NCBI GenBank assembly: GCA_964019335.1
Contig: OZ025707.1
Coordinates: 372,001 to 436,000, forward strand
Reading direction: 5' to 3'
Source: Diplonema japonicum
Lineage: Eukaryota > Protista > Euglenozoa: Diplonemea
DNA length: 64,000 nt
Below are positions 1-10,559 of this stretch, one piece after another; position 1 is the first letter of the stretch; every line of letters starts with the position of its first letter. The position numbers and the translations under genes are program-made. Below the pieces are notes generated by a model that saw only the letters and a program-made list of their open reading frames with translations, was not told the origin of the DNA and made no database searches.

Positions 1-3000
1 CAAGGACAGGTGTTCAAGAAGGCACAGCACTACCTGAGGATAACACTACAGACGGAGGCGGAAAGTTACAAGAAGGACATGGAGGGGTTGATTGACAAGA
101 TGGAGAAGCTTCTGGAGCTCCGCAAGGTGGTTACCAGCAAGGAAGCTGTGCGGCACGTTGACGGGATACTGAAAGAGGCGCAGAAGGCAGTGAAGGTGTA
201 CGCAAGGAACCTTGAGGGGATGAACGCGATAGCTGGGGCGACCCTGCTGCTCACGACAAGCATCTCCGAAAGGGTGACAGGGATCGACAAGCAGCTTCAG
301 GACATGAAGAAGGAGGTGAGCGACATCCACAAATACCTCCAGCTGCACAGGAAGCTGAAGGAGAACATCAGCCTCCTGCAACAAGCTCGTGTGGAGTCTT
401 GCAGCAGCGACCTCCATGGGTGTGAGAGGTACTCGTTCATGCAGGTTGAGAAGGATGTCCCCAAGAATAGTGACGACAACCTTGAAAGGAAAGAGAATAC
501 CCATGTCACAGAAGGTGCTAGAACAATTGCTCAGGCCGACACGAAAGCACGAACGTCTCACCACACTTCCGTTAGCTCCACTAAAGGATTTAAAAAAAAA
601 AAAGAAAAAGGTTTCAACCCCTTGGAATTTGCAACCCACTTGTTGAAGCCCTGCTCTGCCGGGAGGAGCATTATATTCGAGGGCTGTTGTTGGGGTACGG
701 AGTTCCTGTCACTGGTGGAGAAGGAGCTATGGAGCACCTACACCTATGACGATACTCAAAGCCTTCTCCCTATTCACGTGTTCCTGCGAAAGATGAAGAA
801 TCCGACGACACGCCTTGTGGAAGAGGCCCTGGAGGAGCAGCATGGGTTCACGCCGAGGAATGTGGAACGGCTTCAGGAGAAGACGAGGGCAAAGAAGGCA
901 CACCTGGCACTGATACTCGTGGGGTACTCGTTCCTCGACAAGGAGTTCCTTTTGGATTCCATGAGAGAGAAGAGCAAGCTGAGTGAGTGGGGTGACCCCA
1001 TCATCTTGGTGGAAGCAGACACCACCATCCTGGAGTACACTGCGGACAAGCTTCAGGGTGAGGGAAATTTAAAGGAAGCCTTTGAAGTGTACAGAATGAA
1101 GGAAATGAAGGACGAGGCCATCCAGAACATAATCGGCAGAGAGGAGGCTTCCATCGGGGCAGTGCTGAAGTGCGCTCTGCATTACAGAAGGTTCTCTACA
1201 TTCATTGAAGTGAAAGAAGAACAGCACATGACATTCCGCATGCTTCGTGCCTTCATTCGTACCATTTGCAATGAAAAATGGGGGTTGTATTATCGCTGGA
1301 TTGACAAGAAATGGCAAAAGCGTCCTTATTCAACCATACTCACAACATACCCCAGTTCTGACAAAAGTACGCTTCTGATGAAAACGATGTTGACTCAGAT
1401 GGTACCAAAAACTACGAGCGAAGTGGAGGAAAAGGCATCACACAAGGATGTGATGTGCGGGTGGGTGAAGTATATCATGGAAAAGGTTCAAACCGACGGG
1501 GTGTTCACTATCCTTGATGATCTGCATACTGGCATGATGGATGAAGATGAAGATGCACGGTCCGTCTACCATCTAACCAAAGAGATGAACATGGCCTTCT
1601 TGAGGACCTGCCTTGAGGAGTACCTCCGGCTGCCGTTGAGGTCGCTGAGTACAAAGCACCCCTCCATCACCGACAAGGAACTCGTGAAGCTTCTGATGGA
1701 CTACAACTCGCGCCTCGCACTTGACATGACACGGGACCACGCGAGGCAGGCACCTTATGAGAACAGGTGTCGTGGCTTTCTGAGGGCACAGCACACAGGA
1801 GGGCACGATGTCGGCAAGCTGGACCAGCAGATGGTGCGGGACCTGTTTGCGGCCTCTCCGGTGGAGGTCTCGAGGGACCAAGACGGGAAGAAACAGGAGA
1901 GGGTGTACAGCTTCAGCTCCGAGTGGCTGCAGGAGATCTTCACCGCCATTGCTGTCCACGACAAGCTGATGAGGTTCCCTCTGAACCGTATCTGTACGAA
2001 GTTCTTTGTGAGTGTCTTTTCTCACACCTATGACCCCAACTATGAAACAACCGACGAGCACAGCAGATGGGCACACTTCAGGAAGCAGAAAGACCTGATG
2101 GTGAGGAAGGTCAGAGAGGCAAATCCTGATTTCACCAAGGAGAAGGCCTCCAAGTATCTGGTTCTGGCGTGCAAGGCGGCGTGCGCTAGGAAGGCAACAT
2201 GGGACGTGCTGATGGAAGATCTGATGAACTACCCTGGTGTGCTGAGGAACTACTTGGCGAAGATGGTGTTGAAGAAGAAAAGTTTAAACTCTGAGGATAA
2301 GCTGCTGATCTGGTTCAGGGACACACTGCTCTCGCTGGTGGAGCTGTCGAAGCTGCCGTGGTGCGATGTTCCTGCCGCCGTGGCGATCACGATCCTGTCG
2401 GCTGCGAACGAAAGCTTTGCTGGGATGGACTTCAGAGGGATCCGAATACCGGGGGCGTCCCTTGAAGACAGCACCTTTGACAGGACAGACACTGATGGTG
2501 TGGAGATGAAAGGAATCATTCGGACCTACCTGCACGGCAAGGACAAAATCAAAAGTTCCCTGAGGAAGGGCCTCCTTTCATTTGCGGCCTTCACTGATGA
2601 CAAGGGCAAGGATACTGTTGCAGAGGTGTATGCGGACAAGGTGTTGTTCAGTGGGAAAGAAGTAAAACTGCCGGAAAAGATTATGGACCTACCGAAGAAT
2701 CCGAAGATCCTGAGCAAGATAGTGCAGAAGGGGAAACACTGTGTTCTTGTCGTTGCTTACGAAGTGGACGGGGTTGTGACAATCGCTGAGTGTCAACAGG
2801 AAGAGGTTTCTGTGGAGGTGGTGAGCACGCCGATGGAACTTATGTTCATTGCAGACGACAGTAAAGTGTGGTGTGTGAATCGAGGTGAAGGGGGAATCGT
2901 GAGGGACGCAAAGGCAACGACAGGGGCTCAAGTTGGAGAGGAAGGGGGGAAGGAGCATAAAGTTCAATGCGAACCTGTGTTAGTGAATAAAAAAAGTGAT

Positions 3001-4386
3001 GAAAAAGTGAGGATGGAGTTAGCACAAGTTGTGGAGGGGCTCACACCAGTTGGGGTGGACAGGTTCCTCACTTTGAACAGGAGTGCAGATGGACTGTCGT
3101 GGGAGTGCATTGTGTACAGTGTAAAAAAGACAAAAATGGACAAGGAAAACTATCGCTTCCCGATCCCCGCAAGCAAAGAAGAAGGACCACTGCGACATGT
3201 GGTGTGTGGCGACACGCTGCTCGTGCTGGGAGGGGACAAGGACAGCAACTGGCTGCTGAAGGAGGACAAGGCAGTGCGTCTGTACACAAAGAGCTTTTTT
3301 GACGAAAAGGAGCGAAAGAGGTTGAAACTTCTCAATGTTTACGCTTCTGCGGCGCGTACGTACTACCACCTTGAGGGCGACTTGTTGGTGGAAATGGAGC
3401 CCCCAAAGGGGGAGTTAGTACTGGGTGGCCCTGTGTTTGAGATAGCTATCTCGGGTAAAGGCAAGGTTGGGACGTTGGTGCGGTGTGGGGACACCAAGAT
3501 AGATGTTGTAACGTACTGCAAGGGGAGGAACACTGTGAGCCGTCTCAAGGAGCCGGTGGAGATGAGCTTGGCTGAGATCAAGTGGGACAACCATCAAAAA
3601 GTGTTCAAGGTGAGGTCTGACAAAAAAGAACAAGAAGAAGAAAAATGGTATAGAGCAGAAGAACTAGGCCCTGAGATGATAGTGTTGGTGAAAACAAGCC
3701 CGTCGGGAAATGATGATGTAGACCCCCCTGCTGTCCTGTCCTGTCCGGATCAAGAATACAAAGAGAGAACCCAGACCTGCGATCAGCTGGTGTACGAGGA
3801 CACCAACCCCCCTGCAGATGATGTTGCCACCATACGTAACGGTCCACACCAGGCATGGATAGAGAGGCCGCCACAGCAGCAGCAGCAGGCACTCGTGGTG
3901 AAGACAGGTGACGTGACGAAAGTTCTTCTGAAGGCAGACTTTATAAACACAGTTCAGTTACTTTACGACAACCTTGTCGCCGTTGTTGGCGGGAACGTGT
4001 ACTTCTGGGGCTGGAAGTGCAGCATCAATGCTCAGTACGGTTACACACCAGCAGGGTCCACAGGTGAGTGGTACGTGAACAAGCAGCTCACTGATACCAA
4101 CATCGTGAAGGTCGCAGCACCATGTCATGTATGCATTGCAATCAGAAATGAGAACAACACCTATTCAGGAGGAGGTATAGGAAGGTCCAAAACCAATGGC
4201 CGATACCGGGGGGGGCGTGGCGGGGATGATTGTATGAATTCTTTGTTTAAAAAAAAACAAAGACTTTGTATCAAAAAGAAAAAAGAAAAAAAGGATCTGA
4301 GGACCGGTAACCAAAGGGGAAAAAGAAAAGAAATAAAAGAAAAGCCAAAAAAGAAAAAAAAAAGCGAAAAAAAAAGGTCACCGTAA
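1..4386 (+). CDS. Large NACHT-like / pentapeptide-repeat / beta-rich C-terminal protein (NLR-like architecture, degenerate P-loop); 5' end outside window, true 3' end uncertain
   Basis: 1458-aa ORF open from the window edge. Ordered motifs IIFEG...ELWSTY, LPIHVFL..MKNPT, LALILVGY, YSFSSEWLQEIF and AVAITILSAANESFAGMDFRGIRIPGASLEDSTFDRTD recall NACHT-pentapeptide-WD40 proteins of Mortierella/Mycoavidus type. The tail after ~4170 is A-rich and probably intron or UTR. Confidence 0.7.
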   Translation, partial: QGQVFKKAQHYLRITLQTEAESYKKDMEGLIDKMEKLLELRKVVTSKEAVRHVDGILKEAQKAVKVYARNLEGMNAIAGATLLLTTSISERVTGIDKQLQDMKKEVSDIHKYLQLHRKLKENISLLQQARVESCSSDLHGCERYSFMQVEKDVPKNSDDNLERKENTHVTEGARTIAQADTKARTSHHTSVSSTKGFKKKKEKGFNPLEFATHLLKPCSAGRSIIFEGCCWGTEFLSLVEKELWSTYTYDDTQSLLPIHVFLRKMKNPTTRLVEEALEEQHGFTPRNVERLQEKTRAKKAHLALILVGYSFLDKEFLLDSMREKSKLSEWGDPIILVEADTTILEYTADKLQGEGNLKEAFEVYRMKEMKDEAIQNIIGREEASIGAVLKCALHYRRFSTFIEVKEEQHMTFRMLRAFIRTICNEKWGLYYRWIDKKWQKRPYSTILTTYPSSDKSTLLMKTMLTQMVPKTTSEVEEKASHKDVMCGWVKYIMEKVQTDGVFTILDDLHTGMMDEDEDARSVYHLTKEMNMAFLRTCLEEYLRLPLRSLSTKHPSITDKELVKLLMDYNSRLALDMTRDHARQAPYENRCRGFLRAQHTGGHDVGKLDQQMVRDLFAASPVEVSRDQDGKKQERVYSFSSEWLQEIFTAIAVHDKLMRFPLNRICTKFFVSVFSHTYDPNYETTDEHSRWAHFRKQKDLMVRKVREANPDFTKEKASKYLVLACKAACARKATWDVLMEDLMNYPGVLRNYLAKMVLKKKSLNSEDKLLIWFRDTLLSLVELSKLPWCDVPAAVAITILSAANESFAGMDFRGIRIPGASLEDSTFDRTDTDGVEMKGIIRTYLHGKDKIKSSLRKGLLSFAAFTDDKGKDTVAEVYADKVLFSGKEVKLPEKIMDLPKNPKILSKIVQKGKHCVLVVAYEVDGVVTIAECQQEEVSVEVVSTPMELMFIADDSKVWCVNRGEGGIVRDAKATTGAQVGEEGGKEHKVQCEPVLVNKKSDEKVRMELAQVVEGLTPVGVDRFLTLNRSADGLSWECIVYSVKKTKMDKENYRFPIPASKEEGPLRHVVCGDTLLVLGGDKDSNWLLKEDKAVRLYTKSFFDEKERKRLKLLNVYASAARTYYHLEGDLLVEMEPPKGELVLGGPVFEIAISGKGKVGTLVRCGDTKIDVVTYCKGRNTVSRLKEPVEMSLAEIKWDNHQKVFKVRSDKKEQEEEKWYRAEELGPEMIVLVKTSPSGNDDVDPPAVLSCPDQEYKERTQTCDQLVYEDTNPPADDVATIRNGPHQAWIERPPQQQQQALVVKTGDVTKVLLKADFINTVQLLYDNLVAVVGGNVYFWGWKCSINAQYGYTPAGSTGEWYVNKQLTDTNIVKVAAPCHVCIAIRNENNTYSGGGIGRSKTNGRYRGGRGGDDCMNSLFKKKQRLCIKKKKEKKDLRTGNQRGKRKEIKEKPKKKKKSEKKRSP

Positions 4387-4433
4387 GATAAAATGTCCGG
4401 ACCGCCGAAACATCCGGTGATTTTTTCTTTCGG

Positions 4434-4471
4434 ACCAACGATTCTAAAGCTACAGTTTCTGTACTTTATTG
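4434..4471 (+). other. Genomic copy of the spliced-leader exon (38 of the expected 39 nt)
   Basis: ACCAACGATTCTAAAGCTACAGTTTCTGTACTTTATTG. The 3' half CAGTTTCTGTACTTTATTG is the conserved kinetoplastid/diplonemid SL end, and the 5' part resembles the diplonemid (A)ACCAACGATT start. Confidence 0.9.
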
Positions 4472-4493
4472 CTACAGTTTCTGTACTTTATTG
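4472..4493 (+). repeat. Relic (5'-truncated) second SL copy
   Basis: CTACAGTTTCTGTACTTTATTG is an exact tandem copy of 4450-4471 and begins immediately after the first AG of the SL. Confidence 0.9.
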
Positions 4494-4686
4494 GTGTCCG
4501 ACCGTGCCAATAAAGTTTCACTCAGCAACGGTTTGAAAAGAAAATACAAATATTGAAAGTTGAAGCGCGACACAGATCAGCAACGTAAAGGAGAAGAGAA
4601 GAGAAGAGAAGAAAAATCAAGTCATATCAGATCATATCAGATCACAGCAAACACATTGACAATCTAAGCTACCGCGTCAGTCTAAG

Positions 4687-7631
4687 ATGGACGTTCACAA
4701 AGCTTTGAAGGGGTACGGGATGACAGCCCGCGGGAAGGGGTACGGGATTGGAAACGGAAACTCCTTCACGGAGCTGCTCCCAGCACGCCAGGGAGGGGCC
4801 ACCGCCGCGGACCCGGTTACCATCCAAGCCACCGCCCGCGCACTGAAGACCGACATCCACCTGATTACGGCCGACGGCGGCGCCCTCGTCTCCCCTATCG
4901 TGGGAGAGTCCAAGTCCAAGAAGCAGCCCATCCACGTCGGGCTCCAGTGGCACCCCTCCCTCCTGTTGCACGGGAGCTCCTCCATCACCTCCGTGCACGG
5001 CTTCTGCACGCAGGTCGTCGTGTCCACGATCCAGTCGCAGTACGGGTCCGCCACGCACTCCGTGCGGGTCGTTGCCGTGCACTTCTTCTCCACGCAACCC
5101 CCGGAGCTCACGAGCACGGACCCGATGCACGCGGGCTCGCTCGTCGTCCCCCACTCGCACGGTAGCCGAACACCCCCTTGGATGTGCTCCCCGTCGCCAC
5201 GCTGCTCCACTCCCCGTTCGGGGAGAAGTAGGCGTTTCCGTTCGGACTCGACGGCTCCCCGCTCATCCAGTTGTCGTAGCTGCTCACAGGATTCCCGGTC
5301 TCGGGTCCGGTGCTCCAGGTCCACGCCCCGTTCGCCCCGGTCGCACCCATCCAACCCTCCGCTCCGATCTTCCCGCGCGCCACCGCCGTCTCCGCGGCTG
5401 TGTTCACCGTCAGGAGGTACCCGGTCGTCCCGAGGAAGGTCTTCCCCGCGCACGCCTGCTTCGCGTCCTCCCACGTGCATCCGGCCGCCGAGGCGCCGCC
5501 CGCCACCTGGCAAGCGTAGTAGCAGTAGTAGTGGCCCGTCCTCCCGTCGAACACCCCTTCCCCGTAGTTCCAGGTGATGCTCCTCGCTTCATCCTAACTT
5601 AAAACCATTTCAGTCGCCTTCCCAGCCGAAGAGCTCGTCCTGAAGGAGACCTTGCTGAGGGCTGCCGCGAACTCCGTGAGGTCCCTGTCCTGGCCGTCCA
5701 TCGGGGTCAACACGATCGACCCCGTTGCCGCCGACCACTCCGTCTTCATCCCGAGGGCCGGGCACTCCGCGCACTCCAGCGTGTCCTTCCCCTTCACGTA
5801 GTCCTCGCTGTTGATGCTCACGGAGGCGCCGGGCATACCTCAACGCCACGGAGCCGTTCAACGTGAACGTGCTGAAGAAAGCTATGCAGCAGTTCATGCC
5901 ACGGGTCGGGATTCCAACCTCAGACGGAGAGGCGAAGGCATGGAGGGGACCGAACAGCAAGCCACCACGGAAGGAACCGCAGGCAAAGAAATGCTGGCTC
6001 CTCGAGCAGGGACAGTTCGACCTACCTTTCATAGAGTGGGAAGAGCTGGTGGCAGGAAAAGATGGCATAGCCATCGCGACCGAGGTCAACGTGGCAGAAA
6101 AGATGACCTGGGACGGGAACAAGGCAGTCCTCCTCAAACGCAACGGCAAGGGACGATACGAACACGACGTCGTGCTCAAGGCGGCTGGAGAGTACTCGAA
6201 CAGGACAATGTTCTTGCACGTACTGAGCGGAAAGATCTCGCGCTCTCAAAAAAATAAAACCACGGTGGGTATTGACCTGGCCGCGATGTAGGAGAGGGTG
6301 ACCTCCGAACCCCGGAAGCTGATCCAGGAGATGCTGGGCTGTAGGACGATCCACAGGATTGACAAGTACGTGGATGGACCGGCGCCCCAAGGGTTGACGT
6401 GCTCGTCACGATCGCAACCGAGAACCGCCGCCACCTCGTAGGTGCATCCGGGAAGATGGGGATCTTCGTCAAGCCGAAAGACGTGGAGAAGTCCCCTGTC
6501 GCCTGGCTCCCGAAGGAGATCACTCTGGAAGAGGCACTCGAGCTGGCGGAGACTGAGAAGCAGGGGTTAGCGCTGCGCGAATCCGACGGCCGTCTCGAGG
6601 TGAGAACATCGGAGGAGAGGAAAACCACGCTCCTCGACAAGATTATATTAGGCGAGGAGGAGCGACAACGCGGGCAGCATGGGGAGCCCAGGTGGCGTTT
6701 GTCGGGACTGTACGGGCAGTGCGGAGCCGAACACGTTGAGGCGATACTCGAGGCGATTAAGTGGGAGGCCGTCCCACTACACGGCGGATGGTGCAACAGC
6801 ATGAGGTGCTGGTACATCCGAGGGGGCGAACCCCCAACCACGTCACTGAAGATCACGTCCCCAACTGGGCGGGTCCTCAACTGCAGGATAGCTCCCGACG
6901 TTAGAAACCCACCCGCCAAAAAGACACCGCCAGCTCAGTCCTGGGGAAGGCCGAAAACGGGGACCACAAACAACGCGGGCAAGTCGTACCTCGGAGCAGT
7001 GACGGGGTCCTCTCAACCACAAACCACCAGCTTCAGGAAAGAAGGTTGCCCCTGCGGGTAAAGCCGCCCCACCGAAGTCCGGTAAGTCGCCCACAACATC
7101 GAAGAAAGCCGATCCCCCGGCCTTTGAGGACCGCCTCACAGCAATCGAGAACGCACTTCGTAAACTTGCAGGGGAACCGGTCAGCGACGTCAAGCCACCG
7201 GCTGAGGTGGTCAGTCTACGGAGGGAGAACGCGGAGCTACGGGAGGAGGTCCGGCAGATGCACATCCAGATGGCCGCGCTCACCGAGCAAATTAAGAGAC
7301 TCACGGAAGCGACGCTCGCGAAGCCTGGCCCCGGGAACCAGGCCCCGATGATGCACCCTGCTGCCGGGGAGGAGATGATGGACGACTCCGAAGATGACTT
7401 GGGTCCCCAACTGACGATGACACCGACATCGACTTGGACGAGGGCCCCGCCGACATTGACGACTGCCTGGGCAAGGGCATCTGCCACGTCTACAACGGGA
7501 CATATCAATGCTGGAAGGGTGTATGCCACTACTGCGGCGGGAACATCACAAAGAACAACCCAGCACAGACCTGCATATTACCAGACTGCAAAAGGGTAAA
7601 ATTCCGCGGGTGCGAACAATGCGAACAATGA
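4687..7631 (+). pseudogene. Retroelement ORF1 (interrupted, frameshifted), with OTU-like N-terminus and Cys-rich C-terminus
   Basis: Segments 4687-4940, 5835-6291, 6399-7061, 7207-7430 and 7434-7631. Ends in CHYCGG...CILPDCKRVKFRGCEQCEQ. Lies between the SL and the APE domain. Confidence 0.65.
4941..5834 (-). pseudogene. Captured, inverted fragment of a C-type lectin-domain / Cys-rich surface protein gene
   Basis: Minus-strand frames give GHYY...TWEDAKQACA...GYLLTVNTAAE...WMGA...WTWSTGPETG...YDNWMSGEP (C-type lectin motifs) plus Cys-rich repeats. Contains a stop and frameshifts, is more GC-rich than the flanks, and has no gene start or end. Confidence 0.8.
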
Positions 7632-7779
7632 CTCCATGAGGGCTCCCCCCAAACCCACCCCCCAAACCCATTCCCTCCGCCCCGTTCCCATCCTTCCAAA
7701 TACAATCCGATACGCTTATCTGACATAAAATTTGAACGTCTCACCGAACAGGGTATCGAACCCCCCCCGGACCAGAGCC

Positions 7780-8583
7780 AGAACACGAGAAATTCACCAT
7801 TTTCACACACAACGGCTCATCACTTAACAACAGGCTGAGCGAGTACTCCACCGTCCTCCCGGACGCATTCTGCATCCAGGAGACAGCCCTCACGGCTCAG
7901 ACGCAGCTGGAAATCGAACACGTGCTGAGAGACGATGACTGGGGCAAACGATACGCCAGATTCTGGAGCAAGCCACAGCCAGGCAGGGAGTCCAGTGGTG
8001 TCACATCTCTGACGATAGCGAAACGGGGTGGTCTAGGAACCCTGGTGAAAAAACCACGTACGGCGGTGCGCGAAACGAATGGGCACAAGGACAGGTGGTC
8101 ACACGTGAATAAAGACTCACTCGATGGAAGCAAACGGTGGCTTCACCTGATCAACGTCTACTGCCACTCGGGCCAGGACCAAGCCAAGACGAGCTTCTCC
8201 ACTACATCCTTTGCCGTCTTAAGTTCGAACTGGGAGACGTGCCTGTGGCCGTGGTGGGCGATTTCAACACGGACGAAGTACGATCCCCCACGTTAAGGAA
8301 AGCTATACAGACAGACTGGGTAGACGCCGCTGCGTTCTGTGCAAGAAGGGATGGTGTACAGGCGGAGGACACGTTCGTTAGGACCAACTGCAGCACGAGG
8401 ATTGACAGGGTCCTGCTGAATAACATCGCGGCCCAAGGTCTCGAACATTGCGGAGTAAGCGATATGATCACCGGGTCGGACCACCGATGCTTGTCGGTGA
8501 CACTCAACATCCCAGCGTTTCGTCAAGAAGTCCTGAGGTACACCATCCCACAGGAGATACCGAAGACCAAGAAGGGTAACTGA
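7780..8583 (+). pseudogene. Retroelement ORF2: apurinic-like endonuclease domain (frameshifted)
   Basis: Motifs THNG, FCIQET, LINVY, VVGDFN, TRIDRVL and SDH in order. Confidence 0.9.
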
Positions 8584-9770
8584 TGCAGAAGTCGAGGTAC
8601 CGGGAGTTCACAGCAGCACAGGAGCCCACTGAAGCTTTCTCGGAGATATCAGACCTCGCAGAGGAGTACCTATTACATGGGTACAAGGAGCCGACGCGCG
8701 GCGTGTACACCGGGAGAGGCAAAGTACGGGAGCCTACGAAATCGGAGCTAAGTGCGAGGTCGGCGGAGTCGGCGGTCGGAGCGGCATCGAACAGACAACA
8801 AAGACTAGAAAAGCTGAAGCACAAGATCCGCAGTGCGAAACAGCAAATGCTAAGGCTTTATGAAAACGGACACTGCGGTCCGCTGCCGGTAGAGTTACGG
8901 AACGTCCTCAGAAATATTGCGACTCTAGGAGAAGAACTGAAGGTTGACAACTGCCAGGTGGACGCGACAGGGGGTATCGACAGCATCAGGGAGGAGCTGG
9001 ACATAGCAGAGGACTTCGCCCAGGGAATGCTATCAGCTACTCCAATACCGCAAGAGAATGCAGACGAAGGCCTACGAACGCTCAGTCCGTGCTGACTTTG
9101 GGAAAGAACGCAAGCACATCACAGCCTGGGTCAGAGACCGCCCAAACCAGAGAACGGACGTAGTTGAGGCAGCAGACGGAGGGGTGACGGCGAACCTACA
9201 GGAAATGGACAAGGTGATGCGGAACGCGTGGTCGGGCGTCTTCTGTGCGCGAACACCCGAGGAAGAGCCACAGTATGAGCGGTTTGCACAACGTTACGGG
9301 GACCTGATCAAGAAAGCCCCAATGGCACGGACTCCCATCACAGCAGAACAGCAGAGGGAAGTGATCAGGAAGAAGCCGGAGAAAGGAGCATGTGGCGTGG
9401 ACGGTTGGCGGATGAGTGAACTGAAGCGTCTCCCAACGAGCATCCTGAAGGCTTTCGCAGACCTCTTCAACCTGATCGAGGAAACAGGCCAGTGGCCGAG
9501 ACAGATCACGACAGCCCTGGTGTCCCTGATTCCGAAGGGTGAGGGGTCAGCACCACTGAATCATCGTCCCATCACAGTGACCAGCACCATCTACCGCTTG
9601 TGGGCGTGTACGAGCTGAAGGGTGTCCTTGACTGGCAAGAACGCTGGATCACGCCGAGACAGCACGGGTTTCGACCCAAACACAGTACGACAACTGCCCT
9701 CATGGAGTTATGTACCAAGCTGGAACTTGCTCTGGTGGAAGGAGAACCGCTGGAAGGACTAGCCCTAGAC
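8583..9770 (+). pseudogene. Retroelement ORF2: linker and N-terminal half of reverse transcriptase, truncated at GLALD
   Basis: GACGVDGW, LFNLIEETGQWP, LIPK, RPITVTSTIYRLWA, QHGFRP and LEGLALD. No QG or YxDD motif follows. Confidence 0.92.
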
Positions 9771-10279
9771 GCAGATGTGAACAAGGCAGAAGTGTACGGT
9801 GCTACCCCGTGTTTCGTAGCGGCTCAAAACGGCCACACCGACTCATTGCGCATCCTCATCACGGAAGGAAAGGCAGATCCGAATCGCGCCACGAATGACG
9901 GTGCTACCCCGTGTTTCATGGGTGCTCATAATGGACACGCTGACGCACTACGTATCCTTATCACGGAGGGAAAGGCAGATGTGAACAAGGCCGAAATCGA
10001 CGGTGCTACCCCGTGTTTCGTAGCGGCTCAAAACGGCCACACCGACTCATTGCACATCCTCATCACGGAAGGAAAGCAGATACGAATCGCGCCACAAATG
10101 ACGGTGCTACCCCATGTTTCATAGCTGCCGAAAAGGGAAAAGCCGATGCGTTACGTATCCTCATCACGGAAGGAAAGGCAGATGTGAACAAGGCCAACAA
10201 AAACGGTATTACCCCGTTTAGCAGAGCGGCTAGTAACGAACACACCGACGCATTGCACATCCTCGAAAAGCTGATGTGA
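9771..10279 (+). pseudogene. Captured 3' fragment of an ankyrin-repeat gene (about 5 repeats, one frameshift near 10075, own stop codon)
   Basis: Repeated ADVNKA...GATPCFVAAQNGHTDSLRILITEGK units, fused in frame to RT at 9770/9771 and followed by AT-richer UTR-like sequence to ~10530. Confidence 0.92.
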
Positions 10280-10559
10280 AGAGGCTCTCAGCGACGGTGA
10301 CGTGACACAAAACAGCAACACAGAATAAGGCGAGAGTTGTAGATATTTCCCCCCCGTGACGGGTTATAGATGTTGTCCTGTGTCCGGCGTATGAACAGCA
10401 TCGATGGCGTGAGGAACAGATAATAACGTGTACCATAGTTTTTCTTTTCTTTGCTGCTAAAGCAGACCCAGCCAACGTAGTGTCATAGTCATAGCCCTTT
10501 TTTTCCCTTTGCCTCAATCATTTATTCCGATCAGACCGGCTGTTGCAAAAAGGAATTGA

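Noticed and set aside
4170-4386. Lys-rich C-terminus of the first ORF
   Set aside because: Translation of A-tracts; probably intron or UTR.
4434-4560. Functional SL RNA gene, or a SLACS/CZAR/CRE-type site-specific insertion into one
   Set aside because: Single copy, missing the first nucleotide, no recognisable SL intron or T-tract terminator, and no SL remainder at the element's 3' end. The element has an APE endonuclease rather than the restriction-like endonuclease of CRE-clade elements.
4687-5577. 296-aa + strand ORF as a real gene
   Set aside because: After codon ~85 it is the antisense read-through of the captured lectin fragment.
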